A DNA stretch of 64,000 nt from a virus. Below, piece after piece: positions 46,576-56,012 of this stretch. The stretch's first letter is position 1; each line of letters starts with the position of its first letter. The stretch covers positions 4,464-68,463 of IMG/VR virus record IMGVR_UViG_3300013104_000005. The stretch is one strand, 5' to 3'. The notes beneath the pieces were generated by a model. It was not told the DNA's origin and ran no database searches. It saw nothing but the letters and a program-made list of their open reading frames with translations. Both the position numbers and the translations under genes were made by a program.

Positions 46576-49500
46576 ATGGCCGACCTCGCAGGACGCGAGT
46601 TTGACGTAAGACTATACACCCCGCCTACCATACTGGCACCTGTCGTCTCGGCCGCCACTGCCGGTATCGGCAACAGGTTCACTAACAACTGGATGGCAGA
46701 CGGTAATATAGCGCCAGACGGCTCGTGGGCCACCGTGACCTTTTCGCCACCCACGGGCCACGCCGTACAGGCCGCTACGCTCGTGCTGTCGCTGCAGTTT
46801 GCGGGCCCGGGCTCGTACGCAGGTTCACTGACCACAAACATCAGGTATGATGGCACGCCCGTCGGCGCCACAGGCGCAGATGAACTGACCCCAGGGCTGG
46901 CGTGGAGCACCAGTCCTACCCTGGTCTCGATCCCGCTGTCGGTAGGTCACCTGGCGATCTTGAACGACTACGCCACCTCTAACCCCACGCCTACCACGCC
47001 GCTTTACATGGTGTTAGAGGCGCCTACCTCTACCCCGACTACCGTTGTCGCGGCCTCACTGCACATCACCTTCGTGCAGGATAAGTGGGTGCGTGAAGCA
47101 CTGCCGGACTTTGAGTTGACCAGCCTCGACTTTGAGGTGCTGGAGCGGGGCGGGTTTGGTAGCGGGCACGTGGGGCTCACCACGGCCTGGGAGAACCAAC
47201 AGCTCAAGGGCACCGAGCGTGTCGACATCTGGGACGGCGCAGGCGCTAACCTCCTCTACCGCGGCGACGTGCGCCTGCCCGAGTCTCACCTCGAGGTAGA
47301 AGAGACCAAGGACCTAGCACTTTACGGCAGAGTCTCTGCTTCAGGTGACTGGAACGTAGGTCGTCGGTATGTTTACCCGCTCCTGACAGACTTGGCAGAT
47401 GTAGCGGCAGACCTCTTTACTGACATCGTGTCCGTGTTTGACCCTACGGCTGTCTCAGACCTGCAAGCTACAGGCGCGTTTGTGCAGCCGGGTGAGGTGC
47501 TAGACTGGACGTCGACCAGCTTGGCCAGCGCGATGGACAGCCTGATAGAGCGGGCGCCTGACCAGGCTATCTGGGGTTGGGATACCGCAGCTGACCCCAG
47601 CGGAGGTCTGGTACCGGTTAACCAGCTCTACGTGCGGCCCAGGGCCCAGGCTAACAAGTATAACTACAGCGTGGGCGACACCATTCAGGCCTTGGTTTAC
47701 CCTGTAGATGCTACCCAGATAGTGAACACGCTGCACATCACGGGCGGGCCCGCGCTGCAGCCTAACCTGTGTAACAACGGCGGGTTTGAAAACTTGGTAG
47801 CGCCCGACGAGCATCACGGCAACCTGCTCTTAGACGGAGACTTCGAGAAGAGCTGGTTTCGCTACACGCACTTCTTAGGTGTAGTGACTGGCGGCGCGCC
47901 AGTGAACCCTTACTGGACACTAGTCAGCGGCGCGACGCTCGTCGACACAGGCCACAACGGCACTGCGCTTACGTTCTTTGGACACCCTGTCGGCGGAGGT
48001 GAAGGTGGCGGCTCTACCCTCGCTAACGACGGCAACTGGTGGGTTTCACTTGACAGCAACGGTGAAGCCGTAGAGCAGACCGTTACAGTTGACCACACGA
48101 AGATCCTGCGGGCCGCAGCGTGGACACGCCGAGGCAAGGATAACAATCCAGCTACCGTCAACCTCTTCTTAGACGCGCTCGACGCTAGCGGCGCTGTCTT
48201 AGGTACCATCGGTCACCCGGCCAACCCCATCGACCCAGGCATGTTGCCCACCTCACTGGCTGACACGCTCTACCAACGCGTGGTGTGGGACGCTGACTTT
48301 ACGGGTGGCACCTACGCTACCTGCACCAAGGTCCGGCTCAGGATCGTAGGCGCTTCAGGTACCGGGGCCGACGACGGAGTCTTAGTTGACACCTGTGGCG
48401 TGTGGTACCGCGACTTTCCCGTGCAGGCAGCGTGGATCGTGTCACAGGGCGACGGCAACTCTCAACCCTCAGCTCCGGTAAGTCCTACTCCCTCAGTCTA
48501 CTGGGCGCAGAAAGCTACCACACCCGGCGATGCTACCGCAGCGCTGAAAGGTGGGTACTGCGTGAAGTTGACCGGCGCTCCGGTCAGCGGCAGCTGGGTA
48601 GAGTTGCAGCAGGAGCTGTTTGCCAAGTTTACAGGCAAGCGGTTTCACACCTACACCGTGATGTTTCAGTTCAAGACGGGCGGCGGTAACCTGCAGGTAA
48701 CGGCCGGAGCTTACGGTTACAACTCTGATGGGAGCTTGTGGGCCGTGCTTGAGGGCGACCCTTTCTTAGAGGGCAGCGACGGGAACTGGCACACGGCCTT
48801 CGCTACCATCTCTATCCAAGACGCTGACGCAGACATGCAGCCATTCATCCGGCTCTACACCGCAGGCACCCTATACATCGACAACGTGATGGTGGTCGAG
48901 GGTCCGCCGCCTGTCGAGTGCACCGAGCTGGGAGACTTCAACTTCTGGGAGGGTAGCAACTACGAGTGGTACGTTAACACAAACAATAGCAGCTTGACCT
49001 TACCGGCATTGGCAGCGGCGTCCATCGCTACATTCGGCGTACGAAGTACGCAGGTTGACCAACCCTTAGCGCTAGACCGCGCCTCGAGCGTAGCCTTCGC
49101 CGAGGGCTACTTTCAAGCTAACGCAGTAGCGCGCTGCCAGGGGCGCATCACCCTCGTGAACGACCCTTCACCGGTGGGCCTCGACGGTCTAGTCCGCATC
49201 CACAACTTTCCAGGCGCGGCGTCAGGTGCTCCCCCAGCAGACCAGCCGCTGGTGCCGGTGCGCGTGCGGTGGCAATACTCAGCCGCCGGCATGGTCTGCG
49301 ACATCGACATTAACAACGACCGCCCCAGTCTAGCGGCTCTCTTCCTGCAAGAGAACAACAGCCAGAATAGTTCGGCGGCTCAACTCAGGCTAGGCCAGTT
49401 GGCACAGCAGAACAGTAACTCGGGCAGCGGACCAGCTAACAATCAGGGCGGCGCTTACTCTACGGGGTCGGCAATCAGCGGCAACACCGCGCTGCTCTCG

Positions 49501-51747
49501 GGCGACCCCCAGTCCATCCAAGCGCAGACATTCTTCAAGACGCCCACCGGCACCGACGAAGTAATCCTGGGGGTGCAGCGGGAGGCGTCGGGCCAGACCT
49601 CTGACCTGATGGAGTTCTACGATGAGACCGGATCAGTTCTCGCCAAGGTACTGCCGTCCGGTGGTTTTGCTGGCCCTACCTTACAGCCAACTGGCTTGCC
49701 TGGCGCAGTAGCTGCTGCGCGGTTCGTGGGAGCTACAGTAGGAGGCGCGCCCACTACAGGCACCTTTGCTGTAGGTGATGTGGTCGTTGACCAGACAGGA
49801 GCGCTCTGGGTCTGCACGGTAGCAGGCACTCCCGGCACCTGGATCTCAGGCTTAACCAACCCTATGGCTGCTCAGGACGACCTCATCGTAGGCGGAGTAG
49901 GCGGTGTGCCTACTGCCTTAGGTCCAGGTGCGCCGGGCGACGTGCTGACGGTCGACCTGGTATCTGGGCACGTTGTGTGGGACGTGCCCTCGAGCGGGTT
50001 TACCAACCCCATGACTGCGCCCGGTGACCTCATCGTGGGTGGAGTGGCTGGTGCGCCGGGTAGACTCGCCGCAGGCACGGTAGGCCAACTCCTAAGCGTA
50101 TCTAGCAGTGGGGCGCCGGCCTGGGGTGTGGCCTCAGTGACTCTGCCCACCGACGTCACTGGGTTTGCTACGCCCTCAGCGTGGTATGACGCGCAGCAGC
50201 AAACAGGTTTAGCCGATGGCGCGTCTGTCACACTCATGACTGACAGGGGCAGCGGTGCGAGAAACCTCGCACCCGGCGGGTCGGCTTGCACATACCGAAC
50301 TTCAGGCTTCAACTCTAAGCCCACCTACGAGTTCAACGGCACCAACCAGTGGTATAGCGCTGCAGGTAATAGCCTGGGTGACGCTAGCGGCGTGGCCGGC
50401 CCCTTCACGATGTGGGCGGTCTATTACCCTTCAGCAGGGCTGCCCTCACAGTTTCAAAGTATCTTTGCCGCTGGCTCTACTGCTGAAGCGAACAGTACCT
50501 ATGGTTCGCTCTTCATTGGCAACACTAACCTCTGGGCCTACGCTAACGCCGGCACCGACGTGGCCAGCAACGCTAAGATCATCTCTACTACCTTTGGCAA
50601 GCAAGCCCAGGTCTTCCGAGTGACCTACGACGGTAGCACGCTCTTTCTGCACGTCAACGGCATGGCCGCAGGCTACGGGGTGCCTACCTGCAACATCGCC
50701 ACTGGCGGCACCACGTTCTTAGGTAACAACGCCTACTCTCAGTTTCTCAAGGGCCGTCTAGGCGAGACGGGCATCATCAACCGCGCTTTACTGGGCGCAG
50801 AGGGTGAAGCGTTTGACCAGATGCTCATGCGGAAGTGGGGCATCGACACTTACGCACTGGCGGGCATCCCCAACCCTATGAGCGCCGCGGGTGACATCGT
50901 TGTAGGCGGCGCCGGCGGGTCACCCACCAAGCTTACCGCAGGCGCCAGTCGCTCGGTGCTTAACACCATCAGCGGTACTCCAGCGTGGCTAGTGCCTGGC
51001 AAGGGGCCAAAGGAGGTCTCTATCACCAGCGGCCTGGTCGGCCAGTGGCGAGCCTCGGACGGGGTCGGCACGCAGGCGGACGGCAGCAAGATCGTCAAGC
51101 CCCTGGTAGACCAGCTCGGCCACTCTAATATGAAGATGTTCGGCTTCTCGGTAGCACCCATCTGGTATGAACGGCGCTTGAACGGGGTCGCCGGCGTGGC
51201 CATGGACGGCAACACCTTCCTATCCGCCGACTACAACTCTATCTGGGACTTTGAGCGAACAGACCCATTTTCGTGGTACGTGGTCTTTCGGCCCATGTCA
51301 CTGGGGAGCTTGAACTGGATCATTGCACACGAGGCCAACAGCGGAAACTTCGCTGGATGGTATGGCTTCATCAACTCCACCGGGACGCTCTCGGCTCGCA
51401 TGGACTCAACCAGTACCAGTGCGATCGGCTTTACTGGCACCACCGTCTGCACGGTAGGGACTCCCTATGTCTTTGCCTTCAAGAGCACGGGGACCAGCAC
51501 CGCGGCTGGCTGTAGTATCTGGCTGAACGGGGTCAAGGAAACAGTCTCCAGCGTGGCACAGGACAACCTTACTACCAGCATCAAGAACGCGTCGCCCCTC
51601 TGCCTCGGCTGCAGGCGAGACGCAGCCAACTCAGGCGCCCTCATGTTCCCCACCGACATCATGGAGGCGGGCGTCTACGCCGGCGCCGTCAGCGACCCCG
51701 ACATGCTGACACTCGCCAATGACCTGCGGACCAAGTATAGTTTCTAA
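46576..51747 (+). CDS. large tail tip / receptor-binding protein with carbohydrate-binding and LamG-like domains
   Basis: NLCNNGGFE and NLLLDGDFE (CBM-like), three NPMxAxxDxxVGG repeats, two LamG-like beta domains. Confidence 0.8.
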   Translation: MADLAGREFDVRLYTPPTILAPVVSAATAGIGNRFTNNWMADGNIAPDGSWATVTFSPPTGHAVQAATLVLSLQFAGPGSYAGSLTTNIRYDGTPVGATGADELTPGLAWSTSPTLVSIPLSVGHLAILNDYATSNPTPTTPLYMVLEAPTSTPTTVVAASLHITFVQDKWVREALPDFELTSLDFEVLERGGFGSGHVGLTTAWENQQLKGTERVDIWDGAGANLLYRGDVRLPESHLEVEETKDLALYGRVSASGDWNVGRRYVYPLLTDLADVAADLFTDIVSVFDPTAVSDLQATGAFVQPGEVLDWTSTSLASAMDSLIERAPDQAIWGWDTAADPSGGLVPVNQLYVRPRAQANKYNYSVGDTIQALVYPVDATQIVNTLHITGGPALQPNLCNNGGFENLVAPDEHHGNLLLDGDFEKSWFRYTHFLGVVTGGAPVNPYWTLVSGATLVDTGHNGTALTFFGHPVGGGEGGGSTLANDGNWWVSLDSNGEAVEQTVTVDHTKILRAAAWTRRGKDNNPATVNLFLDALDASGAVLGTIGHPANPIDPGMLPTSLADTLYQRVVWDADFTGGTYATCTKVRLRIVGASGTGADDGVLVDTCGVWYRDFPVQAAWIVSQGDGNSQPSAPVSPTPSVYWAQKATTPGDATAALKGGYCVKLTGAPVSGSWVELQQELFAKFTGKRFHTYTVMFQFKTGGGNLQVTAGAYGYNSDGSLWAVLEGDPFLEGSDGNWHTAFATISIQDADADMQPFIRLYTAGTLYIDNVMVVEGPPPVECTELGDFNFWEGSNYEWYVNTNNSSLTLPALAAASIATFGVRSTQVDQPLALDRASSVAFAEGYFQANAVARCQGRITLVNDPSPVGLDGLVRIHNFPGAASGAPPADQPLVPVRVRWQYSAAGMVCDIDINNDRPSLAALFLQENNSQNSSAAQLRLGQLAQQNSNSGSGPANNQGGAYSTGSAISGNTALLSGDPQSIQAQTFFKTPTGTDEVILGVQREASGQTSDLMEFYDETGSVLAKVLPSGGFAGPTLQPTGLPGAVAAARFVGATVGGAPTTGTFAVGDVVVDQTGALWVCTVAGTPGTWISGLTNPMAAQDDLIVGGVGGVPTALGPGAPGDVLTVDLVSGHVVWDVPSSGFTNPMTAPGDLIVGGVAGAPGRLAAGTVGQLLSVSSSGAPAWGVASVTLPTDVTGFATPSAWYDAQQQTGLADGASVTLMTDRGSGARNLAPGGSACTYRTSGFNSKPTYEFNGTNQWYSAAGNSLGDASGVAGPFTMWAVYYPSAGLPSQFQSIFAAGSTAEANSTYGSLFIGNTNLWAYANAGTDVASNAKIISTTFGKQAQVFRVTYDGSTLFLHVNGMAAGYGVPTCNIATGGTTFLGNNAYSQFLKGRLGETGIINRALLGAEGEAFDQMLMRKWGIDTYALAGIPNPMSAAGDIVVGGAGGSPTKLTAGASRSVLNTISGTPAWLVPGKGPKEVSITSGLVGQWRASDGVGTQADGSKIVKPLVDQLGHSNMKMFGFSVAPIWYERRLNGVAGVAMDGNTFLSADYNSIWDFERTDPFSWYVVFRPMSLGSLNWIIAHEANSGNFAGWYGFINSTGTLSARMDSTSTSAIGFTGTTVCTVGTPYVFAFKSTGTSTAAGCSIWLNGVKETVSSVAQDNLTTSIKNASPLCLGCRRDAANSGALMFPTDIMEAGVYAGAVSDPDMLTLANDLRTKYSF

Positions 51748-52170
51748 CTACAGGCAAGTAGGCCAGCCGATGTAAGCTTTCAGTTCGGTGTTGTACTGCA
51801 GCTCAAACGAGTCCATGTCACATAGCCGCATCCCCAGGGGCATGAGGTTAGTGCTGTTAGGCACCCGATAAGCCCTGACCACAGCGTTAGCTTGCCAGTA
51901 AAATACGGCCAGCGCGATGGCCCCAGTGTTAGCGAAGACTCGCAGCCACTGCTGTTGGTGTGGCTCAAAGAGGTCCCAGGGCATGTAGCCCTCGGTGGTA
52001 AGGCTAGACCTGATGACCTTAGCCTCCAAAGCCACCCCCAGTCCCCTCGCCGAACACCCGCCGATGTCGAAGGGCTTGCGCCCTCCGGCATCGTCGCGGA
52101 TGCGGTAAAGCGGCCAGCCGCAGCGCAGCGCACCCGCTACTAGGGGCGGGTAGAGGCTGGCCTCCTTCAC
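51748..52170 (-). CDS. PD-(D/E)xK nuclease, RecU / Holliday-junction-resolvase-like
   Basis: KPFDIGG..VALEAK..PHQQQWL. Confidence 0.7.
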   Translation of the reverse strand: MKEASLYPPLVAGALRCGWPLYRIRDDAGGRKPFDIGGCSARGLGVALEAKVIRSSLTTEGYMPWDLFEPHQQQWLRVFANTGAIALAVFYWQANAVVRAYRVPNSTNLMPLGMRLCDMDSFELQYNTELKAYIGWPTCL

Positions 52171-52505
52171 GTCAGGCTCACGTTAGTGCTGAGCTCGACG
52201 TGCATGATGTTCCTCGACGAGACCACCAGCGTCTTTTGAGGTCCCAGCGTGATGATGAGGAAGTCACCCTCGGCGGTTATCACGTCGTGGAAGTAGAGCG
52301 GGTCACAGACGCCGTCAAAGTCACTGCGCCGCTCGTTGGTGTAACGAACGTGGACCATGAACCTCATAGACTCAGCAGTATGCGCGCGGTTGACGGTCTT
52401 GACCTGGGCCTCGCTGAGCGGTGGTTCGGGCACCTGAGCGCTGGGCGTAGGTGCAGCTACAGTCGGGAGTGAAGGCATTATCGTAGTCTCTCTTTCCAGT
52501 TCCAC
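52167..52505 (-). CDS. hypothetical protein
   Basis: Packed ORF. Confidence 0.55.
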   Translation of the reverse strand: MELERETTIMPSLPTVAAPTPSAQVPEPPLSEAQVKTVNRAHTAESMRFMVHVRYTNERRSDFDGVCDPLYFHDVITAEGDFLIITLGPQKTLVVSSRNIMHVELSTNVSLT

Positions 52506-53413
52506 CTGATGAGGTTACACCACTTTCGCCAGAACGTGTGCTCTGCCTCGAGTGGCGAGTAAAAGTTACGCCAGTGGTTCACGTTCATGCCGGCGATGCC
52601 GCTCACGATGATGTGGCTGAGCAGGTCATCGAGGATCTGTCCGGCGCCGACCTTCACCTGTTCCCAGGTCCAGAGGTTGGGCAACTCTGGCGGGATGCGT
52701 AGTTGAGGGATCTCGACATCTACCCAACGCTCTTGGCCGATGTGCGCCAGCTGCACCGGGTTATTGTCATAGCTGTGAAGTGACCCCGCGATGTGGGTAT
52801 AAGTGCCTACCTGCATGTTCAGTAAGCTCGCCATCGTGCACTGGATGGCGCAGAAGGCCGCGACATCGTAGGGCAGGCCCAGCTTGATGTCGTTCGACCG
52901 CATGTTCACCACTAGGCTTAAGCCTTGCGACCCCTTGAGAAACTGCATGCTGAGGGTGCAGGGTACATCGAGTGAAGGCGCCGGCAGGCCAGGTGACCAG
53001 ATAGTAGCCACCGCTTGCCGTGAGTCTGGGTCACGCTTGAGCAGTGCGTGGATGTCTCCCAGCGAATGCGCTAGCCGCGGACCATAGGCCCCGTCAAATG
53101 TGCCGGTGACCGGGTTAACGAACTTCTTCATCTCGCTGTTGACCGCGATGAGTAGCTCTGCGTGCTTGCGGTCACCGCCGTGGCCAGCCATATACTGCAG
53201 TGTCTCTACTGCCCAGAAGCGATAGTTAAGCCTGCGTGACGCGCCGGAGTATAGCCCTAGTTCGGCTGACGACAGGTGAAAGATGCCGGGCCGCACCTCC
53301 TTACACGGCAGGTTGCGAGGCTTGAACGGTTCGCCCCACCTATCAACAAACTCGACAAGCCGCGGGTAGAGTTCTGCCATCGACTCGCAACTTACCGTAG
53401 ATAAACCCCACAT
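52478..53413 (-). CDS. thymidylate-synthase homologue, dCMP-type (hydroxymethylase, methylase or hydroxylase)
   Basis: GAYGPR, DSRQAV, DVPCT, MRSND..GLPYD (Asp in place of the dUMP-specifying Asn), GSLHSY. Confidence 0.85.
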   Translation of the reverse strand: MWGLSTVSCESMAELYPRLVEFVDRWGEPFKPRNLPCKEVRPGIFHLSSAELGLYSGASRRLNYRFWAVETLQYMAGHGGDRKHAELLIAVNSEMKKFVNPVTGTFDGAYGPRLAHSLGDIHALLKRDPDSRQAVATIWSPGLPAPSLDVPCTLSMQFLKGSQGLSLVVNMRSNDIKLGLPYDVAAFCAIQCTMASLLNMQVGTYTHIAGSLHSYDNNPVQLAHIGQERWVDVEIPQLRIPPELPNLWTWEQVKVGAGQILDDLLSHIIVSGIAGMNVNHWRNFYSPLEAEHTFWRKWCNLIRWNWKERLR

Positions 53414-53417
53414 TGTT

Positions 53418-53876
53418 TTAACCTCCCAGGTCGCCGGCGAAGAAGTCGATGTGCGTGAGCTGCACCACCTCGATAAGGTGTGGGTTGTCATCCAGGAACG
53501 CGTCTCGATCAGGGTCGACGTACTCTCGACAGTAGTAGAGGCGCATGACCCCCAGCGTGATGGCTGCTTTCAAGCAGGTTAAGCACGACTGGTCGGTGCA
53601 GTACAGGGTGTCAGCTTCGCCTGTGCGGGAGAGCAGGGCATTGAGCTCTGCGTGTATTGTGCGGATGCAGTGAGGTTTGGGACGGTCATGTGCTAGCAAG
53701 CAACCTGCGTCTTCGCAGTGGGGTGTGCCTGGCAGCGAGCCATTGTAGCCAGTAGCCACGATCTTGTTGCGGTAGGTGAGTACCGCGCCTACCTTGCGCC
53801 GCGGGCAGGTCGACCGAGCGGAGGCTAACCACGCGATCTTCATAAAGTACTGTGAGGTACAGATCCTGCTCATCAT
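53418..53876 (-). CDS. dCMP deaminase
   Basis: RSTCPRRKVGAV, GYNG, HAELNAL, CLTC. Confidence 0.9.
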   Translation of the reverse strand: MMSRICTSQYFMKIAWLASARSTCPRRKVGAVLTYRNKIVATGYNGSLPGTPHCEDAGCLLAHDRPKPHCIRTIHAELNALLSRTGEADTLYCTDQSCLTCLKAAITLGVMRLYYCREYVDPDRDAFLDDNPHLIEVVQLTHIDFFAGDLGG

Positions 53877-53961
53877 CCCTCCTTAGGGAAAAGCATCAGG
53901 CGCGCCCGCCACGGCGCGCCTGACTACCTCCAGATGATCTAATCGAATGAAAGCGGGAGAA

Positions 53962-54426
53962 TTATGCCGCTGTTTCTGCCGCCTTCTTGTTAGATTTGGT
54001 GGGAGCAGCAGGTGCCGCCGGTGTAGGAGCGGTCCTGGGGAAAATGGCCAACTCCATCCGAGAGACCTCGGGCGTGGCGCCCTCGGCGGCCGGCTCGGTG
54101 ATGATGAAGCCGTAGATGTCGGTCCCATTCACCTCATCCTCAGAGCCCTGCTGACGACTCAGCCGGCTCTTGAGGCCCTGCAGCTTGGCGCCGCGAGCTC
54201 GGGCCTTTTTCGCCTCTTCACGGATGGTCTGCAGCAGCGGGCGATAGGACCCCGAGGGGTCGCCGAAGCTGCTTTGCCCGTTCTTGGTCACCTTGATGCG
54301 GTAGTCGCTGGGCGACAGCACCGACTTGCGGACCGTGCGCGTGGGCTTAACCACCGCTCCCTCAGCGGGCTGTGCTGGCTCAGCCGGTTGTATGGCATCT
54401 AGGGCTACTGTCTGTGTATCAGTCAC
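53962..54426 (-). CDS. basic hypothetical protein
   Basis: GGAGG SD; has its own promoter. Confidence 0.65.
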   Translation of the reverse strand: MTDTQTVALDAIQPAEPAQPAEGAVVKPTRTVRKSVLSPSDYRIKVTKNGQSSFGDPSGSYRPLLQTIREEAKKARARGAKLQGLKSRLSRQQGSEDEVNGTDIYGFIITEPAAEGATPEVSRMELAIFPRTAPTPAAPAAPTKSNKKAAETAA

Positions 54427-54487
54427 GATGTTCCTCCTACTCCAGCTGGGCTACACCATTGTAACCTCAGCATCATGCTACATTACC

Positions 54488-54516
54488 ATTATAATGGGAA
54501 GAGCATGAATTGTCAA
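54488..54516 (-). promoter_or_regulatory. sigma70 promoter TTGACA-17-TATAAT
   Basis: Perfect consensus. Confidence 0.8.
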
Positions 54517-54521
54517 CCGAG

Positions 54522-54869
54522 CTAGACTTTTTGTTCTAATCTCTTGATAGAGAGCTCTCGCAGCCGCTGCACCTCAGCGTCTGACAAGACGCAGTTAGAG
54601 CCCTCGTTTTTCTTCCACTGCGAAGCGTGGTCAATGAGTTGCTGAGCTATGCCCACCCAGAAGCTCTTGACCAGCTCGCCCTGCAGGTCAAAGAAGGTCA
54701 GCGCGTCTGCTTCGCCGTGTTGCCTGGCTAATTTCTCTGCGAGGTTGTGCACGTGCGGCGTGCCCTCGTAGAGGGCGCACGCTAGCTCCTCCACGTCCAA
54801 CTTGTCAGTGCGCGGCTTCGCTGCCAACCTTACCGCTATAGAGTTGTCTAACACTATTACCTCCTTCAC
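54522..54869 (-). CDS. hypothetical protein
   Basis: ORF within the modification cluster. Confidence 0.6.
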   Translation of the reverse strand: MKEVIVLDNSIAVRLAAKPRTDKLDVEELACALYEGTPHVHNLAEKLARQHGEADALTFFDLQGELVKSFWVGIAQQLIDHASQWKKNEGSNCVLSDAEVQRLRELSIKRLEQKV

Positions 54870-54873
54870 ACCC

Positions 54874-55980
54874 TCAGTCTTTGAGGCCCATGACCTCGCG
54901 CATCCTGGTGGCTGCCCACCAAGCGTTGTTTACCGGGATCCCCTGCGCTATCAAGTGGGGAAATAACCGGTGAAACTTCCAGCTGTCCGGGTACCCCATG
55001 AGCCTGGCCATCTCGCGCATGGTTAAGAAGCGATGGTCGATGGGGTGGATGTACTTGTAAGAGCCGATGATGGTAGCGCCAGCCTCGTGCCAAGGGATGA
55101 TGTAGGGGCGGTGGCACTGCATGCCGCCAAACTCTCGAGGACAGTCTTCCCAGATGAGCTGTTCTACCTGCAGCAGCTCTCGCTGCGCCACCCTGTCGCC
55201 GTTGTCGGCTCGCTCCTGGATCTTGCGGCGGTCCTTCGGCGTCAGAAACCTGCTGCTCAGTCGACCGATGTTCTGCTTCACAAGCGCGTTGAGTTCAACC
55301 GTCTTGATAGGCTCGTACCAGTGCTGCGTGACTACTTCGCCGGTCGTGGACCACACGGGATCTGGTGAGGGATCGACACCTACCAAGTTTGCCAGGTATG
55401 GTCCCACTGGGCAGAGGCTCCTATCCCTACTGGAGGGTAGGTCGTCGAGTGGGATCAGCTCGGGGTGCTTGGGCACATCGAGGGACGCGCACAAAAAAGC
55501 GCGGCGGCGGATCTGCGGCGTGTGGATCTGGTAAGAGTACATTATCCACGTCCACCAGTAATAGTCATGCTGGTCCAGCACATCGGTCAGGTCTGTGAGC
55601 AGGCAACCTACTCGCTCGGTGGCCAGCTGGAATGCGTTCTCCATCAGGATCATCCGTGGACGCGCTTTCACCACCATTCGTATCCACTGCCGCATACAGT
55701 TGTTAGTAGGCGACGAGAGGCGAGAGGCGGTCATAGCCGACAACCCGCCGCAGGGCGGGTTGCCATAGATGAGGTCGACCCCGCTCGCGACGCGAGCGAG
55801 GTGGTCTGAGGTATGGTCAAGTTCAAACACCTGGTGTCTCAGCTCGGGTCTGTTAAGGTCCCAAGTTGCAGCGTTCTTTGAGTATCCCGGCGTCTCCCAG
55901 ACGGCCTTCAGGTCGAAGCCAGCGGCCTCGACCCCGAGCGACATCGATCCGGCACCGATTAGGTAAGCAATGGCGTCCAC
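54874..55980 (-). CDS. C5-cytosine DNA methyltransferase homologue
   Basis: Motif I YLIGAGS, IV GNPPCGGLS, VI MENA, VIII QIRRRAF, IX RFLTMREMARLMGYP, X IAQGIP. Confidence 0.85.
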   Translation of the reverse strand: MDAIAYLIGAGSMSLGVEAAGFDLKAVWETPGYSKNAATWDLNRPELRHQVFELDHTSDHLARVASGVDLIYGNPPCGGLSAMTASRLSSPTNNCMRQWIRMVVKARPRMILMENAFQLATERVGCLLTDLTDVLDQHDYYWWTWIMYSYQIHTPQIRRRAFLCASLDVPKHPELIPLDDLPSSRDRSLCPVGPYLANLVGVDPSPDPVWSTTGEVVTQHWYEPIKTVELNALVKQNIGRLSSRFLTPKDRRKIQERADNGDRVAQRELLQVEQLIWEDCPREFGGMQCHRPYIIPWHEAGATIIGSYKYIHPIDHRFLTMREMARLMGYPDSWKFHRLFPHLIAQGIPVNNAWWAATRMREVMGLKD

Positions 55981-56012
55981 AGTTGTCCTTTAGCTTGAGA
56001 GTTGCGCTGACG

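Noticed and set aside
50900-51747. Diversity-generating retroelement target at the tail protein C-terminus
   Set aside because: No reverse transcriptase or template repeat is seen in the window.
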